The notes below the pieces were generated by a model that saw nothing but the letters and a program-made list of their open reading frames with translations, did no database searches and was not told where the DNA came from. The translations under genes and the position numbers were made by a program. A stretch of DNA of 41,950 nt, taken from a virus (lineage: Duplodnaviria > Caudoviricetes). The stretch spans positions 1 to 41,950 of the IMG/VR virus record IMGVR_UViG_3300049174_000096; one strand, given 5' to 3'. Of this stretch, positions 34,685 to 41,950 are shown piece after piece; the first letter of the stretch is position 1, and each line of letters opens with the position of its first letter.

Positions 34685-35272
34685 ATGTCAGTCAACGCAA
34701 CAGGTCTACGTCCCGCTTCCATGTCAACAGGAAGAGCTCCTCAGTTCAGCCTTGGAAAAGCAAAAGGCGGTTATCGACCTGGACAAATGCAACAATTCAC
34801 TCCCGAGCAATTGCAACTTTTCGGGGATATGTTCTCTCATTTAGGTCCGAATAGCTTTCTATCTAAGCTGGCCTCGGGCGATCAATCCCAGTTCGAAGCC
34901 CTGGAAAAGCCCGCTTTACGCCAATTTGGCGAGCTGCAAGGAGGTCTTGCCTCTAGGTTCAGCGGAATGGGCGCTAGACGCTCTAGCGGCTTCCAGAATA
35001 CCCTTAATCAGGCTTCCAGTGATTTTGCCCAGCAACTCCAATCTCAGCGCCTAGGACTGCAAAGAAACGCTATCCAAGACCTCATGGGATTAAGCAATCA
35101 ACTTCTGCAACAACGGCCCTATGAAAACTTCTTGGTAAAGCAAGATCCTTCTGGATGGCAGCAGTTCTTGAGTGGACTGGTAGGAGGAGCGGCTAAAGGT
35201 CTAGGAGCATTCGGGACAACATTTGGGGCCAATAGACTTTTTAATAATCAGCAACAAAATCCACGGGTATAA
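34685..35272 (+). CDS. Putative internal virion / DNA ejection protein
   Basis: Q/G/S/A-rich helical protein with a Gly-rich hydrophobic C-terminal segment; podoviral gene position. Confidence 0.55.
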   Translation: MSVNATGLRPASMSTGRAPQFSLGKAKGGYRPGQMQQFTPEQLQLFGDMFSHLGPNSFLSKLASGDQSQFEALEKPALRQFGELQGGLASRFSGMGARRSSGFQNTLNQASSDFAQQLQSQRLGLQRNAIQDLMGLSNQLLQQRPYENFLVKQDPSGWQQFLSGLVGGAAKGLGAFGTTFGANRLFNNQQQNPRV

Positions 35273-35273
35273 A

Positions 35274-35861
35274 ATGGTCCAAATATTAGAAGGAAAGCCT
35301 AGTTTTGGTCAGTCGATCGGCGCTGCTTTAGGTGGTGGTTTAGGATCTGGAATTTCTCAAGGAGCCGAATTTGCACAGCAAATGATGCTTCAAAATGCCA
35401 AAACAAAAAAAGAAGACACCGGTTTAAAACTACGTGGCCTAGAGTCTATAGACGAAATGAGAGATATTCTTTCCCGCGGGAATACTGGATGGAATTTTTG
35501 GAATTATGCCACTGAAGAAGGAAGAGGCGATCGTGCTGCTATGGATGCCGCTGCTTTAAATTTGGAAAGATTAGCGGTAGAAATGCAAGGAAAGGGAACA
35601 TTAAGTAAGCCGCGCTTTGACTATATGGTTAAAAGACTTCCTTCTTCGTCAAAAAGCGATGCTGAAAATGAAAAAATACTTGATGAATGGGAAAGGATTT
35701 TAGGAGAAGGTCCTGAAAAAAAATCTAAAAAATCTAAAGGAAAGATAAAGTTTGATTCGTCTAATTCAGAGCATCGCGCAAAAGCTGAACAACTTTTTAA
35801 AACATTTGGTGACAAGGAAAAGGTAAGGGAAAAACTGAAGCTAGAATTTGAGGATGTTTAA
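35274..35861 (+). CDS. Putative internal virion / DNA ejection protein (start MVQIL)
   Basis: FGQSIGAALGGGLGSGI N-terminus followed by charged helices. Confidence 0.55.
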   Translation: MVQILEGKPSFGQSIGAALGGGLGSGISQGAEFAQQMMLQNAKTKKEDTGLKLRGLESIDEMRDILSRGNTGWNFWNYATEEGRGDRAAMDAAALNLERLAVEMQGKGTLSKPRFDYMVKRLPSSSKSDAENEKILDEWERILGEGPEKKSKKSKGKIKFDSSNSEHRAKAEQLFKTFGDKEKVREKLKLEFEDV

Positions 35862-37456
35862 TGGCTACTGATCCTCTTGATTTTTTAGATTCCCCTTCGG
35901 AAAGAAGACAATCAAAAAAGATATCTTCGGATCCTTTGGATTTTTTAGATCAAAAAGGAAAAGCAAAAAAGTCTGCTCGCGTCGGAGCTCAGTACGGCCT
36001 TGGTCAGTTAGACCGAGCAGCACTTCCTTATACAGCTTATGCGCAACTTCAGGGATCTAAAGCATTCCAATCTGCCGAATATAGGCAAAACCTCTTAGAT
36101 GAGCTCGAAAGACTTGCTGATTTAAAACGCATGGGTCAGTGGGATGAACAAGACGAAAAAAATCTACAAAGTATCCAAGCCCAACTAACCAATCCCGATG
36201 TATTCGAAGAAAAGACACAGCACATCAAACCTTATGATATCACTCCTTCTGGGCTTGTTAAAAAGGGAATAAAAGCCACCACTGATTACGATCTAGAGCC
36301 AGAAGGAGCTTTAGAAAAGACGGCTGAATTTGTAGGGGGATTCAAGCCAAAAGAAATAGTTTCTGCGGGCAAAAAGATTGGAGAGTTTGGCAAGAAAATA
36401 GCCACAAAAAATAAGCAGACTCTACCAAGTGGCTTATCAAAACCTGGCGCTGTTGATTCTAAAATCGCTCCATACACATCTATCGGCAAAGAGACTCAAA
36501 AGAGAGCCATTGAGAAGCTCAATATTGAAGCTGGTCACCTAGCAAAAGAAAAAGTATATGAGCATCTTCCGGTCGCAAAAAAAATAGAAGAAGGCTTTAA
36601 CTTCGACACCTTTTTTAAAAACCGATTTTCAAATTTAGAGAAAGCTGCCAAAAGATCGAATGCTCGCGTTGATATTACTCCTATGACTGAATTGTTCGAA
36701 AAGACAGCTGAAAAATATAGAGGGATTCCGAAACTCCACTCTGATGCCAAAAAGATTATGGCAGAACATCGCGCCTTCTATGACAAAGCTCCAACAACAG
36801 TCTCAAGGCTTTTGAAAACCTACAGATCAAACAATGCTAAACTCAAGAGCATATTTGAAACTTCCCGTCTTAAGGGATCTCAAAAAGAATATGCAGATTT
36901 TTTGGTAGACCAGAACAAAGCTATTGCTGCTTCTTTCCGGGAATCCTTGGGCAAAGACAACGCATGGGTCAAAGAGTTCGATCGTCTAAACAATGGGTTT
37001 AAAACCTGGAGAAATGGTCAGAAAACCCTTCAGGAATTGGATGGCTTCTTCGGAGGCAGGCTAACTCCACGATCCCTAGAAAAGCTTGGCAATGACCCAA
37101 GAACCCAACAGAAAATGGCTTTGTCGATTGGAGAGCAAGGAGCTAAAGAAATCGGCCAGATAGCTAAGGATTTAAAGCTCGCTCAGGATTCTATTAAGAA
37201 TATTCCGAAGGCCAAACTTGCAAAGTATGACATGGTTCTTCCTTTAACTTATTTGATCCCTGTCGTAGGGAAGGCAACAGGGTCTATCGGAAGCATTATA
37301 TTGGCGAGAAATATATTAGGAAGTCTTCTAAGCAAGCCAGCAACAAAGAGAGCATACAAAGAAGCATTAAATGCTTTGATTAATAAGGATTTTCAAGCTT
37401 ATGAGGCTGCCGCTTCCGTAATTTTAAAAGCAGCTAAACATGGAGAAGAAGATTAA
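35861..37456 (+). CDS. Putative large internal virion / DNA ejection protein
   Basis: 531 aa, helical; duplicated DPLDFLD at the N-terminus; hydrophobic segment near the C-terminus. Confidence 0.55.
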   Translation: MATDPLDFLDSPSERRQSKKISSDPLDFLDQKGKAKKSARVGAQYGLGQLDRAALPYTAYAQLQGSKAFQSAEYRQNLLDELERLADLKRMGQWDEQDEKNLQSIQAQLTNPDVFEEKTQHIKPYDITPSGLVKKGIKATTDYDLEPEGALEKTAEFVGGFKPKEIVSAGKKIGEFGKKIATKNKQTLPSGLSKPGAVDSKIAPYTSIGKETQKRAIEKLNIEAGHLAKEKVYEHLPVAKKIEEGFNFDTFFKNRFSNLEKAAKRSNARVDITPMTELFEKTAEKYRGIPKLHSDAKKIMAEHRAFYDKAPTTVSRLLKTYRSNNAKLKSIFETSRLKGSQKEYADFLVDQNKAIAASFRESLGKDNAWVKEFDRLNNGFKTWRNGQKTLQELDGFFGGRLTPRSLEKLGNDPRTQQKMALSIGEQGAKEIGQIAKDLKLAQDSIKNIPKAKLAKYDMVLPLTYLIPVVGKATGSIGSIILARNILGSLLSKPATKRAYKEALNALINKDFQAYEAAASVILKAAKHGEED

Positions 37457-37514
37457 AGGAACTTCTCGTGGAATATCATTGCATATGCTCCCAAACATAT
37501 CATAAAAATTTCTA

Positions 37515-37688
37515 TCATTTTTTATTCTCCTTTAATAAATCAATAAACATTTCATAGAGCCTGTCTGTGCTTTGAGATTGCTTCTCAAGCTTAGATTCAA
37601 TATGACTAGTAAAATACCATAACATCACAAAAATGCTTAGGATCGTCTGGACGTTGAAACCTTTAAAGAAATCGATGATCTGCTCCAT
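37515..37688 (-). CDS. 57-aa single-TM plus coiled-coil protein (not in ORF track)
   Basis: GGAGGA RBS; MEQIIDFFKGFNVQTILSIFVMLWYF...TDRLYEMFIDLLKENKK. Confidence 0.65.
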   Translation of the reverse strand: MEQIIDFFKGFNVQTILSIFVMLWYFTSHIESKLEKQSQSTDRLYEMFIDLLKENKK

Positions 37689-37993
37689 TATTTTTCCTCC
37701 GCTGTAAATAGTTCTGGAGGCGCTACGCCTTTCAAAATCAGAACAGTCTCAATTTTCACTATCTCACTTCGCACGTCGCCTATGTCGCTTCTTAAGCTAA
37801 AGTAACAACCAAATATTATACTTCCCAAAGTAACTATGACACTGCCAGCGCTTATGAAGAGGTGCCAGTCAAATGTCTTTGTGCTCATGGGAATGTCCTT
37901 GGTAGATGGCAATTCTTTTTTTCTCTTTTCTTGCCAGCGCTTTGATGCCGCAAGACTCCGTGCGCTCTTGGTAATGACTTCTGGGCTATCCAT
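37688..37993 (-). CDS. Single-TM plus coiled-coil protein
   Basis: FDWHLFISAGSVIVTLGSIIFGCYFSLRSDI...IETVLI. Confidence 0.65.
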   Translation of the reverse strand: MDSPEVITKSARSLAASKRWQEKRKKELPSTKDIPMSTKTFDWHLFISAGSVIVTLGSIIFGCYFSLRSDIGDVRSEIVKIETVLILKGVAPPELFTAEEK

Positions 37994-38125
37994 GATTCCA
38001 TTGTATTTTTGGGGATGATTATAGGGAATTTCTCCCTAATTCTCAATACGAAATGATTCCTTCAATCCCTAGCGCGGAAACTCTATATTGTTTTAATTTT
38101 AATTTAACATATCAAGGAGTTTCTT

Positions 38126-39307
38126 ATGACCATCCAGCCAGGTGCAAATCTATATACCCAAGGGTTCGGTTCTCGTCCTGAATCCGTTGAAGTCCCCCAC
38201 ATCGAAAATAGAGCGCCAAGCGCATCCGATTATAATTACCCAATAGGAAAGAGGTGGATTGATCGTGATGTAGCTTCTTATGAACTGATTGGCATAAGTA
38301 CTTCTAATGGTATTACGGCAGCTAACTGGAACCTTCTTGCGAGTGATACCGGACCCCTAGATACATTGACTGGAGATTCAGGGGGAGCTATTAGCCCTAC
38401 TGCTGGAAATATCACTCTAGCTGGAACAGGCGGCCAAATTGCCACAGCTGGTGGTGGCTCTACTATCACGTTCTCTCTGACTGGGCCCTACACTCCATCC
38501 ACCTATACTGCACACGGTGTCCTTCTTGGTGAAGGAGCTTCGCCAATTGTCGCCACAGCAGCTGGAACTAACGGTCAATTGTTGATCGGTTCAACAGGTG
38601 CAGATCCCGCATTCTCAACTGTGACTTCATCTGGTGGTACTATCACCGTAACCGGTGGAGCTCATACGCTAAACCTTGATCTAGCAGCCCCTGTGACCGT
38701 TCCTAATGGGGGAACAGGCGCAACAACATTGACGGGCGTTTTGACAGGTAATGGAACTGGAGCTGTTACAGCCAATGCGGTTACCAACCACGGTGTAGTT
38801 GTGGGGGGAGCTTCTAACGCTGTTGGTTCAACAGCCGTGGGTGCTACAGGGACCCTATTAGCGGGTGTTACAGGCGCTGATCCTGCCTTTACGGGATCTC
38901 CTTCTGTTTCAGGCACTGTAACAGCAGGCACAGGCATTACATCAACGACCGGAAACATTGTCGCCACAGCTGGTGCAGTCAATGCGGGAACCTCGATCAC
39001 AGCAACGTTGGGCGCTATTACAGCGACCAACGGCAACCTAGTCATGGGAACTGCGGGCAATAAGATTATTGTTCCTACAGGGGCTAATGCATCTGCAGGA
39101 ACATCAGGAGCCATGAGCGGTACGCCAGGAGCTGTCACAGTCGCAACTACAGCTTGCAGCGATACAGCTAAAGTATTTTATGCAAGAAACGTAACAGGAG
39201 GAACTCCTGGAGAAGTTTCTATTACAGCTCAAGATGGCACAGGTTTCACATTGACCTCTACAGGTAATGAAACCTCCACATTCAACTGGTGGATCATTAA
39301 CGCCTAA
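38126..39307 (+). CDS. Tail fibre-like protein
   Basis: AAGGAG RBS; Gly/Thr/Ala-rich; V.NGGTGAT.L and TNGQLLIGST modules. Confidence 0.75.
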   Translation: MTIQPGANLYTQGFGSRPESVEVPHIENRAPSASDYNYPIGKRWIDRDVASYELIGISTSNGITAANWNLLASDTGPLDTLTGDSGGAISPTAGNITLAGTGGQIATAGGGSTITFSLTGPYTPSTYTAHGVLLGEGASPIVATAAGTNGQLLIGSTGADPAFSTVTSSGGTITVTGGAHTLNLDLAAPVTVPNGGTGATTLTGVLTGNGTGAVTANAVTNHGVVVGGASNAVGSTAVGATGTLLAGVTGADPAFTGSPSVSGTVTAGTGITSTTGNIVATAGAVNAGTSITATLGAITATNGNLVMGTAGNKIIVPTGANASAGTSGAMSGTPGAVTVATTACSDTAKVFYARNVTGGTPGEVSITAQDGTGFTLTSTGNETSTFNWWIINA

Positions 39308-39320
39308 TTTCAGGTAGAAA

Positions 39321-39665
39321 GTGGTATTTGTATCGTATGCTGAATTTGATGAGCTTAGAGAGATCGATGGAACAACTATAAATACGAGCTATCAGCTTGT
39401 TGGGGATGTTTTCTCGGTCAATCCACGTATCATTGGAGTCAGCAATTCTACAGACGTTGATCTCTATGTTTCTTTTAATGGCGATACTAATAATCTCAGG
39501 GTAGCCGCTGGTTCTTTCAAGCTGTATGACGTTCAGGCCAATAAATCCATTTCAGGAGATAACCTCATTCCGCAAAAAATGGGAGTGTGGGTTAAAGAAT
39601 CTGATGGCGGAACTCCCACTATGGGCTGGTTTTGGGTAGAAGCTCTTTATTCTAGAAGTGGGTGA
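39321..39665 (+). CDS. Small beta-rich virion protein
   Basis: GTG start; lies in the fibre block. Confidence 0.6.
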   Translation: MVFVSYAEFDELREIDGTTINTSYQLVGDVFSVNPRIIGVSNSTDVDLYVSFNGDTNNLRVAAGSFKLYDVQANKSISGDNLIPQKMGVWVKESDGGTPTMGWFWVEALYSRSG

Positions 39666-40249
39666 ATCCCATGAAAACAATAGACGAGAAAGTAGACTAC
39701 CTCATGAGAAAGGTAGAGACCTATGACCGGGCTCTCAATGAATTTAAAGAGATCAAATCCACTCTCAATGACTCCGCAGAAAATACTAGAAAGTCAAAAA
39801 ATTTAGTTCAGAGAGCCTTCGACTCCATAAATGTTCACCAAAATGACATCGACTCCCTTTCAAAGCTATGCCAACAGATTTCTCAGGAGATAGAACGCGG
39901 CTTTAAGCATTTAGAGGGATGCATTTTGGCTTTGTCTCTAAAAGTTAATTCTTTGGACACAGAGACCAATAAAAGAATTTCTGAGATGAGAGATAATCTC
40001 AGTCAGGAAGCAGAGTCTTATTTAAATCTGGATCATTTGAAGCAAATACAAGAAGACGCGGATATTCTTTTCGTGAATTTTGCCAAAATGATTAGCAACG
40101 TTCACAACAACTATTTCGATGTCGAAGATCATATTAGAAAAATAGATGAACTTTGCCAATCCTCCAGTGGAAAAATCACCTCCATTCAAAAAGAGATATC
40201 CCGAATTCAGAACTCAATATTTAGACATCGCATTGGAGAGGCTATTTAA
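39662..40249 (+). CDS. Coiled-coil protein
   Basis: Continuous heptad repeats; coupled to both neighbours. Confidence 0.65.
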   Translation: MNPMKTIDEKVDYLMRKVETYDRALNEFKEIKSTLNDSAENTRKSKNLVQRAFDSINVHQNDIDSLSKLCQQISQEIERGFKHLEGCILALSLKVNSLDTETNKRISEMRDNLSQEAESYLNLDHLKQIQEDADILFVNFAKMISNVHNNYFDVEDHIRKIDELCQSSSGKITSIQKEISRIQNSIFRHRIGEAI

Positions 40250-41631
40250 TGATTAATAATACGACCCTATCCAACTTCCTAGATGCCTCAACAGTCGGTC
40301 GTACCTCTTCCAATCCCTTTGTAGATGAGTTCCAGGCCAGAGATCCCACTACTGCTGACATTCAATATCCGATCCAAAAGAAATGGCTAAATACCACCAC
40401 AAACGCGCTGTGGGAACTTAAGAACTTTAATTCAAACAGTGGAATTACCACAGCAAATTGGGTTCTCATTTCCAATAGTGGCGCTACTTTAGAGACTTTA
40501 ACCACTGATGATGCTGTCGTGGTGCCACCGACCAACAATAATATCAATGTCTTTGGCGATGGGGTCATAACAACTACTGGAAATTCCGGAACATCCACTG
40601 TAACAATCCACGCTGGACCCACAATCGCTACAGAATATGTTTGCGACGTCGGTAGCGCTGTTCCTGCAGCTAACATACTCAATGTACTGGGTGGCAATGG
40701 AGAGACGACTACAGGCTCAGGAAACACCATTACAATCGATTATTGGAGTGTTACCCCTTATGTCGTTGGAACGGATCCCAATTCTCAATATGCAACGATA
40801 GCCGCTGCAATTGCTCAAGCTGTAGCGGATGGTTCTAGTTCCACAAATCCAAAAAATATCTACATAAAGCCTAAAAATGGTGGATACACAGAAAATATAA
40901 CCATAAGTGATGGCATAAATCTCGTGGGTTTTGGTGGACAGACACTCATAAATGGCACTATTTCGATGTCCACGGCAGGAGATGCCACTATAAATGGATT
41001 AATGCTGCAAACAAATGGCGCTAATTTTTTATCGGTAACCGGATCTTCTGCTTCATCTATTAGGGTGCATTTGTGTTTATTAGAATGCTCTAATCACACA
41101 GGCATAAATCTTTCTTCGTCTAGTGCATCGTCTTCGATATTATTCATAAGTTGTTCTTCAGACGTAAAAACGACGGGAATCACTCTTTATGATTCGACAT
41201 CGCCAGGAAGTATAGGTTTTGTGAATTGCAGTTTAGCTAATAGCGGATCTTCTACTACACCAAGCAATAATTCAGCTGGTCTTTGTGGACTTTCCCAATG
41301 CGGGTCATCTTTGCCTTTTACGACTTCTGGAACCGGCAGCATAAATTTTTATGGAACAATAGTTAATACAGCACTTCTCAATACTTCCTGTTTGGTGACA
41401 TCCGGAACAGGTTCATCTAATAATTTCGAAAATTGTCAGCTCAGTTCAGGAACAGCTTCTTGCGTTTCGATTGGAGCAGGAACCACTGTAAGTATGACCT
41501 ATGATGCTATGAATTCTTCCAATGCACATGTCCTAACGGGGGCTGGGATTTTACAATATGCGCTATTGACATTCACCGGAGCTTCTACGGGACACAATGT
41601 ATCGACAGAAACCGCACTCCCAACGTTATAG
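40249..41631 (+). CDS. Tail fibre/spike with putative beta-helix domain
   Basis: N-terminal domain paralogous to 38126; YATIAAAI......IYIKP..G.Y.ENI entry motif typical of pectin-lyase-fold beta-helices. Confidence 0.7.
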   Translation: MINNTTLSNFLDASTVGRTSSNPFVDEFQARDPTTADIQYPIQKKWLNTTTNALWELKNFNSNSGITTANWVLISNSGATLETLTTDDAVVVPPTNNNINVFGDGVITTTGNSGTSTVTIHAGPTIATEYVCDVGSAVPAANILNVLGGNGETTTGSGNTITIDYWSVTPYVVGTDPNSQYATIAAAIAQAVADGSSSTNPKNIYIKPKNGGYTENITISDGINLVGFGGQTLINGTISMSTAGDATINGLMLQTNGANFLSVTGSSASSIRVHLCLLECSNHTGINLSSSSASSSILFISCSSDVKTTGITLYDSTSPGSIGFVNCSLANSGSSTTPSNNSAGLCGLSQCGSSLPFTTSGTGSINFYGTIVNTALLNTSCLVTSGTGSSNNFENCQLSSGTASCVSIGAGTTVSMTYDAMNSSNAHVLTGAGILQYALLTFTGASTGHNVSTETALPTL

Positions 41632-41638
41632 GTAAATC

Positions 41639-41950
41639 ATGAGCCAGAGTGGTCCATTAAGTAACAACGGAGGCGGCGGTGGTTTCATACAGACCATCAA
41701 TGGTGACATAGGAAGCATAACAGGTCCGATAGTCACCATATATGCAAATAACGCTGCAAGAAATTGTGGCTCTTCTGTTCTTTTCGATAATGCCGGAACC
41801 ATTTCCACTCTTAATGTAACCGACGCTTCGGGAAATACCATAGTGGGTATGAATTCCGGGACAGCTACTTCAATAAATAATAGTTTGAATACAGGTTTTG
41901 GGCAGGCTGTCTTGGGAAGTTTAGACATAACAGGTGCAGGAGGAAACTTC
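41639..41950 (+). CDS. Tail fibre/adhesin-like protein, 5' part (continues at position 1-871 after circularisation)
   Basis: ATG 41639, MSQSGPLSNNGGGGGFIQTINGD...; open to the end of the window. Confidence 0.75.
   Translation, partial: MSQSGPLSNNGGGGGFIQTINGDIGSITGPIVTIYANNAARNCGSSVLFDNAGTISTLNVTDASGNTIVGMNSGTATSINNSLNTGFGQAVLGSLDITGAGGNF
41824..41950. repeat. Terminal direct repeat (copy 2); circular-assembly overlap
   Basis: Identical to 1-127. Confidence 0.95.

Noticed and set aside
211-41928. Many short ORFs in the track lying antisense to or inside long genes (e.g. 1206-1616, 18717-19136, 38662-39138, 40362-40730)
   Set aside because: Shadow frames of well-supported genes, with no RBS or motifs
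38126-41950. Diversity-generating retroelement or invertible fibre cassette
   Set aside because: No reverse transcriptase or invertase; fibre similarities are diverged protein-level paralogy, not near-identical template/variable repeats

Overview
This window is an apparently complete, circular tailed-phage genome of 41,823 bp. Positions 1-127 are identical to 41824-41950, and one fibre gene runs across that junction. The morphogenesis genes look podovirus-like: small and large terminase, a GroES-like co-chaperonin, portal, scaffold, an N4-gp56-type major capsid protein, adaptor and nozzle proteins, putative ejection proteins, and a long block of paralogous Gly/Thr/Ser-rich fibre genes. A leftward replication/recombination module holds an HTH initiator, a YqaJ exonuclease and a putative SSB; a Cro-like HTH gene and RusA follow rightward. 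Clusters of small antisense ORFs sit between the structural genes. I recognised no integrase, polymerase, helicase or endolysin. Main observations the ORF track does not show: (1) the capsid gene is split by a 447-nt ORF-less group I intron (25379-25825) with an atypical P7; (2) a ~1020-bp antisense insert carrying a C5 methyltransferase and a 17-codon stub of an HpaII-family restriction nuclease splits a virion gene that rejoins in frame; (3) a tRNA-shaped RNA has a 56-nt hairpin in place of its anticodon loop; (4) a multi-hairpin ncRNA candidate sits next to 10-bp-phased inverted repeats; (5) the scaffold and capsid genes share a pseudoknot-like leader; (6) the portal probably starts at ATT. 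An environmental Chlamydiae host is only an inference. All calls are by eye; no searches were run.
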